From positions 256,001 to 320,000 of the forward strand of contig CAVOKF010000006.1 in assembly GCA_963696385.1 (NCBI GenBank): DNA of 64,000 nt, written 5' to 3'. Within the stretch, counting starts at the first letter, position 1, and each line of letters begins with the position of its first letter. A program made the position numbers and the translations under genes. Under the pieces are notes generated by a model that was not told the origin of the DNA, did not search any database, and saw only the letters and a list, made by a program, of their open reading frames with translations. Below are positions 1 to 10,392 of this stretch, in pieces. The DNA comes from an uncultured delta proteobacterium (GTDB taxonomy: Bacteria; Myxococcota_A; Polyangia; Polyangiales; Polyangiaceae).

Positions 1-831
1 GACTCTGGGTTTTATCTCCGCAGCGACAACCACCATCTCGCGAGCCTCGTCGCGGCCCAATGGGGGCTGGGTGGCTCGGTCCAACTCTGCGCCGCGGCAT
101 GCAGCTCCGGCAACGCCTCGATCGCGTCGGCTTACGATCTCATCTCATCGGGCGCGGCCGACACCATGATCGCCGGTGGGGTCGATGCCTTGACCCGCTC
201 CATTTACTGCGGATTCCAGCGGATGGGCGCTTTGTCCAAGGGCATCTGTCGCCCCTTCGACCGGCGCCGAGACGGAGTCTCGTTCGGCGAGGGGGCTGGG
301 ATGGTCGTGCTGGAGGAGCTCGAACAGGCCACCCGCCGGGGGGCACGCATTTACGCGGAGGTGGCTGGGTACGGAATGAGCAACGATGCCCATCATGTGA
401 CCGCACCGGATCCGAGCGGCGACGGCTTCGCGCGCGCGATGACGCAGGCGTTGTCGAGCACCGGCCTGTCGCCGGCCTCGATCGACTACGTCAGCGCTCA
501 CGGGACGGGCACGCCGTACAACGATCGGGCCGAGATTCGGGCCATGAAGACGGTATTCGGCGAGTGCGGCAAGCCCGTTCCGATGAGCTCGATCAAATCG
601 ATGATTGGTCACACCAACGGAGCCGCCAGCGCGATCGAGGCGGTCGCTTGCGCCCTGGCGCTGACGCGCCAAGCCGTGCCGCCGACCGCCAACCTCACCG
701 AGCCCGACCCCGACTGCGACTGGGATTGCGTCCCCGGCAAAGGGCGAGAGGCTCGGGTCGACCGCTGCCTCAATCTCGCCGCCGGATTTGGCGGTTTCAA
801 TGTCTGTGTGGTTCTGACGAGGTTCGCGTGA
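1..831 (+). CDS. Beta-ketoacyl-ACP synthase (FabF/KSalpha-like), 5'-truncated by window edge
   Basis: Frame 1 is open from base 1. Catalytic motifs AACSSG, SAHGTGT and KSMIGH are present, plus C-terminal GFGG. Confidence 0.93.
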   Translation, partial: DSGFYLRSDNHHLASLVAAQWGLGGSVQLCAAACSSGNASIASAYDLISSGAADTMIAGGVDALTRSIYCGFQRMGALSKGICRPFDRRRDGVSFGEGAGMVVLEELEQATRRGARIYAEVAGYGMSNDAHHVTAPDPSGDGFARAMTQALSSTGLSPASIDYVSAHGTGTPYNDRAEIRAMKTVFGECGKPVPMSSIKSMIGHTNGAASAIEAVACALALTRQAVPPTANLTEPDPDCDWDCVPGKGREARVDRCLNLAAGFGGFNVCVVLTRFA

Positions 832-2045
832 CGCCCCTTGCCGGCGGCCCTGCCGCTCAGCCGATCGCGATCACCGGGGTGGGCCTCATCACGCCGCTCG
901 GCGACGATCTCGATAAAGTGGGCGAAGCTCTGTGTTCGGGCCGACGGGCCGTCGTGGCCTCTGCCGACATCGCCGGGGCCGGCGAAGCGCACATCCCGGA
1001 CTTCGACTCGGCTCGCTACGCCACCATCCGCGGGATGCGTATGTACAATCGGACGACCCGCCTCGGCATTTGCGCCGCCCAGTTGGCACTCGTCGACGCC
1101 GCGGTGGAGGGCGAATCGTGCCCGGGTGAGCAGCTCGGCGTCGTGACGGCCTCGACCTCGGGCCATCTCGGAACGCTCATCGAATACGATCGCAGTTTGG
1201 TGGCGGTAGGTTTGCAGCGAACCAATCCCGCGTGGATGCCTTTGGCCATTCCGAGCGCCCCCGGCGCCATGATTGCCCTGTCGTTCGGAGCCAAAGCCTT
1301 CTCGATGACACTGAGCCAGGGTGCGGCTTCGTCCCTCGACGCGCTCGGGCTCGGAATGCGCTTCATCGAATCGCGGCGGGCGCGCGCGTGCGTGGTCGTG
1401 GGAGCTTTCTCCCCCTGCGCCGAGATTTCGCTGGCTGCGTCGCGAGCCGGCATGTTCGCGCCGGCTGGAGAGTTTCGCGTCTTCGATCGCCGGAGCCGCG
1501 GAACCGCGTTTGGAGAAGGGGCTGCCGCCGTGGTCCTCGAGCGGCTCGACGACTGCCACCATCGCGGGACTACGCCCAGGGCCGTTCTGCGCGGATACGG
1601 CTCTGCGTTTGCGACCCGCCCGTCGGAAATCACCTCGGCCCTCGCACGCGCAGCCGGCGCTGCCCTGCGAACGGCAAAGCTCGGACCGGCCGACATCCGC
1701 CTGGTCAGCTCGGGCGCCAACGGCTTGCCGGAGCGCGATCGATCGGAAGCGAGGGCGTTGGTCGCTCTGCTCGGAGACGCGGCGGCGCAGCCACCCGTGG
1801 TCGCGGCAAAGGCCAGCCTTGCCGAGTGCGTCGACGCGAGCGGCCTGCTGCAGACGCTCGTGGCGCTTTTCGCGCTCCGATCCGGCGCCGTCCCTCCGAT
1901 TCCGGACCTCGACGAGCCCGAGGTACCCGGTCTGCGGTACGCGCGGCCGCACATGACGGTCGACGACGGGCACGCGCTCGCAACCGCTGTCTCCAGCACG
2001 GGCGCGTGTTCGGCGCTCGTCCTTTCGGCGCGCCATGCCGCTTGA
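828..2045 (+). CDS. Non-catalytic ketosynthase homolog (chain-length-factor-like)
   Basis: GTG at 828 overlaps the upstream TGA (GTGA). KS fold motifs ITGVGLITPLG and FGEGAAAVVLE are present, but Cys/His/His are replaced (SQGAASS, SSGANG, KASLAEC). Confidence 0.85.
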   Translation: MTPLAGGPAAQPIAITGVGLITPLGDDLDKVGEALCSGRRAVVASADIAGAGEAHIPDFDSARYATIRGMRMYNRTTRLGICAAQLALVDAAVEGESCPGEQLGVVTASTSGHLGTLIEYDRSLVAVGLQRTNPAWMPLAIPSAPGAMIALSFGAKAFSMTLSQGAASSLDALGLGMRFIESRRARACVVVGAFSPCAEISLAASRAGMFAPAGEFRVFDRRSRGTAFGEGAAAVVLERLDDCHHRGTTPRAVLRGYGSAFATRPSEITSALARAAGAALRTAKLGPADIRLVSSGANGLPERDRSEARALVALLGDAAAQPPVVAAKASLAECVDASGLLQTLVALFALRSGAVPPIPDLDEPEVPGLRYARPHMTVDDGHALATAVSSTGACSALVLSARHAA

Positions 2046-2793
2046 CGAGTCCAGCGCCAGGCGACCCGTGGCCATCGTGACGGGCGGATCGCGCGGCATC
2101 GGGAGGGCCATCGTCGAACGGCTCGCCCATGCGGGGTTCGACGTTCACTTCACGTTCTTGAACAACGAGCAGGCAGCCCGTGAGGTGATCGAGCCCATCC
2201 GCGCCGCCGGTCAAAGCGCGCGAGCGCTCCGGGTCGATTCCCGCGACGTCGCGGCGTGCGCCGCCCTGGTCGAGAAGACCCTCGCGGAGTGCGGACGTCT
2301 CGACGTCCTCGTCAACAATGCCGGTGTGACTGCCGATCGCCTCTTGCCGATGATGAGCCAGGCCGATTGGTCGGGCGTTCTCGACACGAGCCTCAATGGC
2401 CTCTTCGGGGCCACCAAGCCCGCCGCAAAACACATGATGCGCCAGCGCGCGGGACGGATCATCAATCTGACCTCCGTCTCCGGGTTGATCGGCATAGCCG
2501 GGCAGACCAACTACAGCGCTGCCAAAGCGGCCATCGTCGGCTTCACGAGGTCGCTCGCGAAGGAGCTTGCCCCCCGCGGCGTTTGCGTGAACGCCGTGGC
2601 TCCAGGCTTCGTCGACACCGACATGGTGGCTGCGCTTTCCCCGGCCCAGCGGGTGGCCGCGGTCGGACGAGTTCCCATGGGCCGCTTCGGCACCGCCGAC
2701 GAGGTCGCCGCCGTCGTCGCTTATCTTGCGGTGCAAGCGCCCCCCTATCTCACCGGCCAAGTTCTGGTGATTGATGGAGGTCTGGCCGCATGA
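2035..2793 (+). CDS. fabG: 3-oxoacyl-ACP reductase (SDR)
   Basis: Motifs TGGSRGIG, NNAG, YSAAK, NAVAPGFVDT. Confidence 0.9.
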   Translation: MPLDESSARRPVAIVTGGSRGIGRAIVERLAHAGFDVHFTFLNNEQAAREVIEPIRAAGQSARALRVDSRDVAACAALVEKTLAECGRLDVLVNNAGVTADRLLPMMSQADWSGVLDTSLNGLFGATKPAAKHMMRQRAGRIINLTSVSGLIGIAGQTNYSAAKAAIVGFTRSLAKELAPRGVCVNAVAPGFVDTDMVAALSPAQRVAAVGRVPMGRFGTADEVAAVVAYLAVQAPPYLTGQVLVIDGGLAA

Positions 2794-3503
2794 CCGTCGG
2801 GAGCGTCAGGAGGCCGAGAAGCGGCCGACGCCCACCCCCGCCCAGGAGGGTCTCCAGGGGGCGCGCGGAGCACCCCACCCTCGACATGTCCCGTTCGATC
2901 CACCACGAGGCCCCCATGATGACTTGGCAACCGGGGCAAATGCCCTCACCGATTTCGGTCCTGAGCCAGGGCTTGTTCGCTCGAGTGCGCGACGTGGCGA
3001 GTCGCTTTAGGGTCGCCTACCAGTTTCGAGATTGCACGCGCGTCGGTCCACGCCCCGATGTCCTTGGGCGCCTCTGGGTCCACGGCGGCGGGCGGGTCGT
3101 ATTCGGCCAGCGGGTCCGGTTGGACGCGAGTTGCGCCCCGATCGAGATCCATTCGTTCGCGGGTGCGGAAATCGAGTTGGGCGACGACGTGGTCATCCAG
3201 GGCGGGGCGTCCATCGAAGCCATGCGATCGATCCGCATCGGTGCGGGCTGCCGGGTCGGAATGCATTGCAAGATCATCGACGGTCACTTCCACGCCATGG
3301 ACGGGCATCGGGGCGGTCTCGTCCCGGCCGGTCAAGTGGTCCTCGAGGCGGGGGTCGTCCTCGCGCCGAACAGCATCGTCGTCGCCGGTCACTTGGGCGA
3401 GGCCACGGTCGTCGCCGCACGGGCGGTCGTCACCCGTCGAGTGCGCCCCAACGCGGTGATCCGCGGCTTCCCCGCGACGACCGAATCCCGAAGGAGGCCG
3501 TGA
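2790..3503 (+). CDS. Hexapeptide-repeat (left-handed beta-helix) acyltransferase; true start may be ~2916-2940
   Basis: IELGDDVVI, IRIGAGCRVG, IIDGHFH and VIRGFPA resemble maltose/galactoside O-acetyltransferases. ATGA overlap with fabG. Confidence 0.75.
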   Translation: MTVGSVRRPRSGRRPPPPRRVSRGRAEHPTLDMSRSIHHEAPMMTWQPGQMPSPISVLSQGLFARVRDVASRFRVAYQFRDCTRVGPRPDVLGRLWVHGGGRVVFGQRVRLDASCAPIEIHSFAGAEIELGDDVVIQGGASIEAMRSIRIGAGCRVGMHCKIIDGHFHAMDGHRGGLVPAGQVVLEAGVVLAPNSIVVAGHLGEATVVAARAVVTRRVRPNAVIRGFPATTESRRRP

Positions 3504-4105
3504 TGCCGACGGCGAGTGCGCGAGTCCTGTTCGCCGAAGCGAGAGAGCTTTACCGTCTCATCTTCGCGGACGGCAGGGCGCCGTTGGACAAAGTTCAACG
3601 CGCGATTGGGGTGGCTCGAGCCAGCCTTCTTTTTCGACAGGTCGAGCACGGCGTTCGGGTCAACGCCACGGGCTACGTGCGGGTCGTCGCGCGCGGACGG
3701 ATCCAACTCGGGGATCAGGTGCAGTTCTTCGGCGGCATGGTTCCGACACGGGTCGTCTGTCAGGTCGGCGGAGAACTCCGGATCGACTCGCTCAGCGGCT
3801 TCAACTACGGTGTATCGATCGAATGCGCGCAGCGGATTCACATCGGCAAGCGGTGCATGTTCGGGTCCATGAGCTCTGTCCGGGATCGGTCTGAAGACCG
3901 AAGCGGACCTGTCGTCATCGAAGACGACGTGTGGGTCGCGCACGGTGCCATGATTGAACCGGGGATACGCGTCGGCGCCGGCTCGGTCGTTGCCGCGGGC
4001 TCTGTCGTGTTCGCGGACGTTCCCCCGCATTCGCTTGCCCTGGGCAACCCCGCGAAGTGCGTTGGGATGGACTTGCTCCGCAGCGTCATGCCGGCCGGTT
4101 CTTGA
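3503..4105 (+). CDS. Hexapeptide-repeat acyltransferase (second paralog)
   Basis: AGGAGG RBS and TGATG coupling. Motifs VVIEDDVWVAHGAMIEPGIRVGAGSVVAAGSVV and GNPAK. Confidence 0.85.
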   Translation: MPTASARVLFAEARELYRLIFADGRAPLDKVQRAIGVARASLLFRQVEHGVRVNATGYVRVVARGRIQLGDQVQFFGGMVPTRVVCQVGGELRIDSLSGFNYGVSIECAQRIHIGKRCMFGSMSSVRDRSEDRSGPVVIEDDVWVAHGAMIEPGIRVGAGSVVAAGSVVFADVPPHSLALGNPAKCVGMDLLRSVMPAGS

Positions 4106-4172
4106 CCGCCGGCCTGTCCCGCGCGCCGTCCTCAGCCCGATTCCTGTCCAAAGGGTCGGGATTCCTTCCGGC

Positions 4173-5210
4173 CTACGGCTGGGCTACGGCGCTGGTCGGA
4201 TCGGCAATGCTCAGCAGTTGCTTGCCCTGGTTTTGCCCGGCGAAGAGCCGCGCGACCACCGCCGGCGCGTTCTCCAAACCGCGCTGCACGTCGACGCGGT
4301 CTTTGAGTTTGCCCTCCAGCAGCCACTGCCTCAGCTGCGCGATGGCTTCGGGGGCGCGGTCCAGATAGTCGATCACGACGAACCCCTCCATCCGGCCGCG
4401 CTGCACGAGGAGCCTCAGGTAGTTCCTGGGCCCCGTCATACCGGTGACGTCGTTGTAGCTGGACATGGCGCCGCAGACCACGACCCGCCCATGAAGTGCG
4501 AGATGCGCGAGAGCGGCGTCGAGGATTCGCCCCCCGACATTGTCGAAATAGATATCGATGCCGTCCGGACACGTTTGCCGCAGACGGGTCATGACGTTTT
4601 CCGATTTGTAGTCGATGGCGGCGTCGAAGCCGAGTTCCGTCGTGAGCCAGGCGCATTTGTCGGGGCCTCCCGCGATGCCGATCGCTCTGCAGCCTTTTGC
4701 CTTCGCGATTTGACCGACCACCGATCCCGTCGCTCCCGCTGCCGCGGAGACGACCACCGTCTCTCCGGGCCGCGGGCGGCCCACATCGAGCAAACCAAAA
4801 TACGCGGTCATGCCGGTATTGCCGAGCGCGCTGAGGGCGCTCTCGACGGATACCCCCCGGGGTACGGGCAGGATGGGATAGAGGTCGTCTTCACGGGCCG
4901 CGCAGTATTCTTGCCAACCAAAAAGACCCTGCACCCGATCCCCAATGCGGTATTTGGCAATGTTGGATGCGATCACCTCGCCGACGGCGAACGAGCGCAT
5001 CACGTCGCCCATTTTCACGGCCGGCCAATAGGTGTCGCCGGCCATCCAGCCCCGCTGGGTGGGGTCGCAGGAAAGGCAGAGATTGCGCACCAGGATCTCT
5101 CCCTCGGCCGGCTCTCCGATCTCGCCCTCGTTCCACCGAAAGTCGGCGGCACGGATGAGACCTTGGGGACGCCGCACGAGAAGCCACTGATGGTTGGTCC
5201 GAAGCTGCAT
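4173..5210 (-). CDS. NADP-dependent oxidoreductase (MDR, prostaglandin reductase/CurA-like)
   Basis: Motifs LSCDPTQRGWM, GMTAYFGL, VSAAAGATGSVVGQIAK, YFDNVGG. Confidence 0.92.
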   Translation of the reverse strand: MQLRTNHQWLLVRRPQGLIRAADFRWNEGEIGEPAEGEILVRNLCLSCDPTQRGWMAGDTYWPAVKMGDVMRSFAVGEVIASNIAKYRIGDRVQGLFGWQEYCAAREDDLYPILPVPRGVSVESALSALGNTGMTAYFGLLDVGRPRPGETVVVSAAAGATGSVVGQIAKAKGCRAIGIAGGPDKCAWLTTELGFDAAIDYKSENVMTRLRQTCPDGIDIYFDNVGGRILDAALAHLALHGRVVVCGAMSSYNDVTGMTGPRNYLRLLVQRGRMEGFVVIDYLDRAPEAIAQLRQWLLEGKLKDRVDVQRGLENAPAVVARLFAGQNQGKQLLSIADPTSAVAQP

Positions 5211-5279
5211 CGGGGCCTCCTCCGTCGCGGCCGGAACGGTACACGAGCTCGCGGATCGCTGTCACCCGAGGGCGCCCGG

Positions 5280-5435
<156 letters not shown>

Positions 5436-5495
5436 CGCAACCCGGACTATCGCGACCGCGACTGGGTCGGGTCCATTTTCCGGCCCTCGTTGGGT

Positions 5496-7355
5496 TCACC
5501 CCGGGTTTTCGACGACACTGATGGTGTACGCGGGGACGGTGATCGTGAACGAAGAAGGTTTGAATCCCGAGACGCTGGATTGAGTTACGCCGGACGACGG
5601 ATCGGTCCCGTTGAAATTGCCTTGTCCGAAATCGTAGCGCGTCCCGCAGTTGCCGAAGGTCGCGCCGCTGAGGCTCACCGTCACGCTGTAGCTGTTGCTC
5701 GGGTCTCGGTTGACCAGCATGATCGCGTAACCGCCGTTGGCCTTCTTGACGGCATGAACGCCGATGAGGGTCGATGCGGAGGTGGCGCCGACGAACGTGT
5801 CTCCCGCCGCCGCGAGGATCCCCGCCATCATCGCCCCGTAGTAGGGCCCTTCCGGAGCCCCCGGATCGGCGTTCGCCAAGAACCCATCGTGCAGTTCCTG
5901 ATACTCGACGTTGACGACGCCGTTTTCGAACCAACTCGCGTACTCGTCCGCCGCATAAAGAGCGGTAGCCGGTCCGGTGACGCTTCCTGCGCCGCTCTCG
6001 GTGATGAGAAGCTCGATCTGACTCGCCCGTGCAGGGAGGGCCGTAGCCAGCTCGGCCTGCTCGCCCGACACGATGGCCGGGATCAGCAAGGGCGACTGCA
6101 AGCAGGTCGGCACGTCCATGCCACACGGATACCAGTGAATGATGACGAAATCGATGACGTCGCCGACGCCCTGAAGGACTTGGGCGTTGTACGGGGGATT
6201 CGCCGTATTGGGATAGACGTCCGGCGCCAGTTGGTAGACGCCGCACTTGATCGTCGAGTCAACGGCCTTCATCGCATTGATGAAGGCAACCGAGTTCGTT
6301 CCGTAAGCGAGCGGGGCCAAGACCGCCTGGCCGACTCGGTCGGCCGCGGTCTGATCCAGGTAGTGCAGATCGTATTCCCAATCCTCGTTTTGATAAAACC
6401 CGTTGCCCACATTTTCGTTTCCGATTTCCCAATAGGTGATCCCCCATTTGTTCGTGATGTTGGCGTACGTCACCCACGCAGCCGCTTCGCTGGGGTCCGC
6501 GGGCCCGTTGTTGGTCGTGTTCGATCCGTAATTGACGGTGATGATCGGCTTGATACCAGCCGGAAGGATCAGGGTGTTCATGAAGCTGTCGAAGGTGTCC
6601 GCCGTCGCGACGTAGTCCCCGCCATTGATCGTCGTCGTCTGCCAATTGAAGATGTCCGCGTACGAACCTCCCGGGTAGCGCAGGGCTTGGACGTTGCCGG
6701 CCTTGAGCGTCGTGGCGACGGCGGAACTGATGAGGAAATTGTCGTAGACGGCGGTATCGACTCCGATGCCGAAGGAGGACATGGTGGATTTGGTGGTGCC
6801 GAAGTTGACGCTGACGGTCGCGGTCATGTTGCCTGTGCCGGTCAGGTTGGTCGCCCCGGTGCAGGTCGTTGTCGCGTCCGGGGTCGTGCTTGCTTCGGGC
6901 GCCGCGTCCTTGGTCGACGCCGCGTCCGCGGTCGCGTCGGTACCGGATGCGGCGTCCAAGCCGGACGTTGCCTGTGCGCTCGACGAGGCGCCCGTACTCG
7001 AGTCCGCGGCGGCGTCCGCAAGCCCGGACCGAGCATCCATGCCTTGGCTGGGCGCCGAATCGCTTTCGCCGAGCGAGGCGTCCTCGTTGGCGATCCCCTC
7101 GGAACTCGACCCGCTGGAACTCGACCCGCCGTAAATCGACCCGCTGGAACTCGACCCGCCGTAAATCGACCCGCTGGAACTCGACCCGCTGGAACTCGAC
7201 CCGCCGTAAATCGACCCGCCGTTCGAGCTCGGCGTCCCGCTGCTGTTTTCGCCGTTTTGGCCATTGTCGGGGGCGCTGGCGGACGTCCCGCAGGCTAAGA
7301 GCGTCGAAACGATGGCCGTGATGGCGAACTTCGGGATGCGCATGGAAGGCGACAT
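5496..7355 (-). CDS. Secreted lipoprotein glycoside hydrolase, clan GH-A (GH51/GH79/GH44-like)
   Basis: Lipobox LLACG and Ser/Gly linker. Motifs LRYPGGSYAD, YWEIGNE (acid/base) and LITE (nucleophile); C-terminal beta-sandwich ending VPAYTISVV. Confidence 0.8.
   Translation of the reverse strand: MSPSMRIPKFAITAIVSTLLACGTSASAPDNGQNGENSSGTPSSNGGSIYGGSSSSGSSSSGSIYGGSSSSGSIYGGSSSSGSSSEGIANEDASLGESDSAPSQGMDARSGLADAAADSSTGASSSAQATSGLDAASGTDATADAASTKDAAPEASTTPDATTTCTGATNLTGTGNMTATVSVNFGTTKSTMSSFGIGVDTAVYDNFLISSAVATTLKAGNVQALRYPGGSYADIFNWQTTTINGGDYVATADTFDSFMNTLILPAGIKPIITVNYGSNTTNNGPADPSEAAAWVTYANITNKWGITYWEIGNENVGNGFYQNEDWEYDLHYLDQTAADRVGQAVLAPLAYGTNSVAFINAMKAVDSTIKCGVYQLAPDVYPNTANPPYNAQVLQGVGDVIDFVIIHWYPCGMDVPTCLQSPLLIPAIVSGEQAELATALPARASQIELLITESGAGSVTGPATALYAADEYASWFENGVVNVEYQELHDGFLANADPGAPEGPYYGAMMAGILAAAGDTFVGATSASTLIGVHAVKKANGGYAIMLVNRDPSNSYSVTVSLSGATFGNCGTRYDFGQGNFNGTDPSSGVTQSSVSGFKPSSFTITVPAYTISVVENPG
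7100..7222 (-). repeat. Coding tandem repeat encoding (GSIYGGSSSS)n linker
   Basis: Repeated ctggaactcgacccgccgtaaatcgacccg units. Confidence 0.85.
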
Positions 7356-7627
7356 TTACGTATGACTAGCAACATCGCGCCCTTCGAGCCCACAGATCGG
7401 ACGGCTCGCGGCCGGACTTTCCGGGGAACCATCTGCCCTCGGCGTCACTATCGAACCTGGCTGTACGCAAGGGGGGCGGCAGGTGGCTCCGGAAGGCTCA
7501 TCCGGTGGGACTCGGAGCCGAGGCGCGGCGCGTTTCGCCGTCACCGCGCGGACGTTCGGCAGCCGGCTCGGTCGGCCGACGGTCGTCGCCTGCAGCGTCC
7601 GCGAGCCGGCCGCATTACCCTCGCGTC

Positions 7628-8203
7628 GTGGCCCGAACCAAGACGGTGGAGAAGAGCGCGCGCGTCGCGGTCCGTGACGATGGGTCGTTGCGGTTGGCGG
7701 TCGTGGCCGATACGCACTCCGCGATGCACCCCGGGACGACGACGCACATCGCGTCGCTGCATCCCGATGCCATCCTGCATGCGGGCGACATCGGCGATCT
7801 CGCCGTGGTCGACCAGCTCGCATCGATCGCGCCGATCTTCGCCGTTCGTGGGAACGTCGACGTGCGGGTGCCCGGCCTGCCGGACGTCCTGACGCTCGAT
7901 GTCGTCTCGGGCGATAGCTGCCTGGTGCGTATCCTGCTCCTGCACATGGCCGTCGACGGCCCGAGGTTGCGCGCCGACGCCGCCCGCCTCGCTCGCGCGC
8001 GAGACGCTGCGCTCGTGGTGTGCGGCCACTCGCACGTGCCGCTCATGGCTCGCCAAAACGGCATCTCGGTGTTCAACCCGGGCTCCGCGGGGCCACGCCG
8101 CTTTCGCTTGCCGATCGTGTTCGGCGCCATCGACGTCACGCCCACCGCCGTTCGGCTCGCGCACTTCGACTGCGAGAGCGGACAGCCGTGGAAGCCGAAC
8201 TAA
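7628..8203 (+). CDS. Metallophosphoesterase (YfcE/calcineurin-like); start uncertain
   Basis: Motifs ADTH, HAGD, RGNVD, GHSH, NPGS. Confidence 0.88.
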   Translation: MARTKTVEKSARVAVRDDGSLRLAVVADTHSAMHPGTTTHIASLHPDAILHAGDIGDLAVVDQLASIAPIFAVRGNVDVRVPGLPDVLTLDVVSGDSCLVRILLLHMAVDGPRLRADAARLARARDAALVVCGHSHVPLMARQNGISVFNPGSAGPRRFRLPIVFGAIDVTPTAVRLAHFDCESGQPWKPN

Positions 8204-8634
8204 GCCGCGCACCGCTCGGAACGGCTGGCCTGGCGAGTCTTGGATGATGGGGGCTCCGGACCGGTGGCATCCGTCGACGGCGATCCCCGGCCCGTCGCCT
8301 CGCCGCGATGCCGCCCCGTCGCACCGCCGCGATCTCGTTGCCCCCCGCGCGGCCGTCGCGTTTCGCCCGGGGGGGCCATTGGCGCTTTTGTTGACCCCGC
8401 CCCCGGATTGCTGAAACGCTTGGGCAGGCGATGGCCCGTCGAACCAACTGCGTGTCGAAGCCACCCCCCGCGGCGATCGCGCGCCACGCGGTGCGGCATG
8501 CGGCCGTGGCGCCTGGTTGCGGTCGCGTCGCCCGTGGAAGGGTGCCGGAACACAACGCGGCCAGGCCGTTTGCGTAAGTGCTCAGGGCCAACGGGAGCGG
8601 AGGTGCCGGCAACCTCCGAAGAGCAGGAGCAAAG

Positions 8635-8970
8635 ATGTCGACCGGATCCAAGTTCATCCCCGAATCTCTCGACACGCCCGTTGCGCCCCGGGCCGAGCCC
8701 GCCTCGGGAATCGTACGCGTCGCCCCGCGACGGGGGCAGGCGATGGCGCGCATCGCGCTCGTCCAACGGGCGACGTCGGAAAAGCGGGTGCCGGCGACGT
8801 CGGAAAAGCGGGTGCACTGGTACGCCGCGCCCGCTGGCTTTTGCCCTTGGTGCGGTTACGCGCTGTCGTCCGACGCGGCCCCGCTGCCGTGGGCCATCCT
8901 GCGGTGCCCCGAGGGCGCGTGCGAATGCACCGAGGGGCGCTCGGGCGCGGAGCGAACCGCTCCGGCCTGA
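8635..8970 (+). CDS. Small hypothetical protein with C-terminal Cys cluster (zinc-ribbon-like)
   Basis: AGGAG RBS before ATG 8635. FCPWCG...RCPEGAC, with an internal 24-bp duplication (ATSEKRV x2). Confidence 0.5.
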   Translation: MSTGSKFIPESLDTPVAPRAEPASGIVRVAPRRGQAMARIALVQRATSEKRVPATSEKRVHWYAAPAGFCPWCGYALSSDAAPLPWAILRCPEGACECTEGRSGAERTAPA

Positions 8971-9138
8971 GCCCCGCCCCATGCGCGGCGCTTCGAGCGA
9001 AACCTCGAGCGGTGGCGCGAGGGACCTCGGCGGCCCGCGGGACTCGTGGCGCGTTTTCCAGGCCAGTCTCCCTCGACGGCGTCCGTTCGGGGCGGGCTCG
9101 GCGAGACGTGTCGATGGGATGCTGCATCTATTCGAGGC

Positions 9139-10392
9139 ATGAACTCCAGTCGAGACCGCGCGCTCGCGATTCAGGCCCCGGACATCGGCCATTCCGGGGG
9201 AGACGAAATCACCCAAACCCGCGTCCGGCGAGCCCCGGACCCGGCGCCAGCGGGGGTACCCGACAAGCTGCGGATCGCCCTGGTCGCCGACACGCTTCAA
9301 GGTTGGATCGGCGGCGGCATCATTGCCGGCCGGCGGTTCGCCGACAAATTGCGCGAGAATCACAGGGTCATCGTGATCGGTGCTGCGCTGCCCGACTCCG
9401 ATCCCGATTGCGTCGAGATGCCCGGGTTCCAGTTGCCGTCGCGGGCGATGCGACAAATGCAGTTTTTCATGGCTCGGCCCGATCGCTACCGCCTGCGGGA
9501 TGCGTTCGCGCAAGTGGACGTGGTCCACCTTCACTTTCCGTTCTGGCTCTCCTATGTGGCGCTCGAAGAAGCGCGGTCTCTCGGGAGACCCGTGGTGGCC
9601 AGTTTTCACGTTCAACCGGAGAACGCGCTGCTCAACGTCGGCATCCGTTCGGCGGCTCTGAGTCGCATGGTGTATCGGCTCTGGATCGATCGGCTCTACA
9701 ACCGAACCGACGCGGTGGTGTGCCCGTCGGCGTTCGCCGAGAAGAGGTTGCGTGCGTACGGCCTGACGGTTCCGACGTACGTGGTCTCGAACGGCACTCC
9801 GCCGGACTTTCAACGGCGCAGGGTGACGCGCCGGCCATCGCCCGACGCGATGATCACCGTGCTGTCGGTCGGCCGGCTCGCCGCGGAGAAACGGCACGAC
9901 GTCTTGATTGAGGCCGTGACGCGCTCTCGTCACCGCGATCGTATCCAGCTGGTCCTCGCCGGCCCCGGAACGCTCGACCGCAAGCTCCAGAGGCGCGTCG
10001 ATCGGTTGCCCCATCGTGCGCAAATCGGATTCGTCGACCGGCCAACGCTCCAGGGGCTCTACGAATCGGCCAGCCTCTTCGTGCACGCGAGCGACATCGA
10101 GCTCGAAGGGATGGCGGTCGTCGAGGCGATGTCGACGGGCCTGCCCGTCCTCGTTTCCGACAGCGCCGAGAGCGCGGCGGGCGACTTCGCCATGGACGAT
10201 CGCTTCCGCTTCCCATCCGGAGACCCGCAGGCCCTCGCCGATCGCCTCGACGCGCTCCTCGACGACCCGGACCTTTTGAGTCTGGCGGGTGCCCACTACG
10301 CCGAGTTCGCGCAAACGCTCGACTTCGGTCACAGCGTGGATCGGCTCGTCGATATTTACCGAAGCCTCGTCGGAGTGCGCGTCACGCGCTGA
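9139..10392 (+). CDS. Glycosyltransferase family 4 (GT-B)
   Basis: RIALVADT, HVQPEN, SNG, VGRLAAEK and an EX7E motif (ELEGMAVVEAM). Confidence 0.9.
   Translation: MNSSRDRALAIQAPDIGHSGGDEITQTRVRRAPDPAPAGVPDKLRIALVADTLQGWIGGGIIAGRRFADKLRENHRVIVIGAALPDSDPDCVEMPGFQLPSRAMRQMQFFMARPDRYRLRDAFAQVDVVHLHFPFWLSYVALEEARSLGRPVVASFHVQPENALLNVGIRSAALSRMVYRLWIDRLYNRTDAVVCPSAFAEKRLRAYGLTVPTYVVSNGTPPDFQRRRVTRRPSPDAMITVLSVGRLAAEKRHDVLIEAVTRSRHRDRIQLVLAGPGTLDRKLQRRVDRLPHRAQIGFVDRPTLQGLYESASLFVHASDIELEGMAVVEAMSTGLPVLVSDSAESAAGDFAMDDRFRFPSGDPQALADRLDALLDDPDLLSLAGAHYAEFAQTLDFGHSVDRLVDIYRSLVGVRVTR

Noticed and set aside
60..827. N-terminal extension of the 661-aa ORF suggesting a fused di-domain protein
   Set aside because: It is an out-of-frame overlap with the upstream KS; the real start is the coupled GTG at 828.
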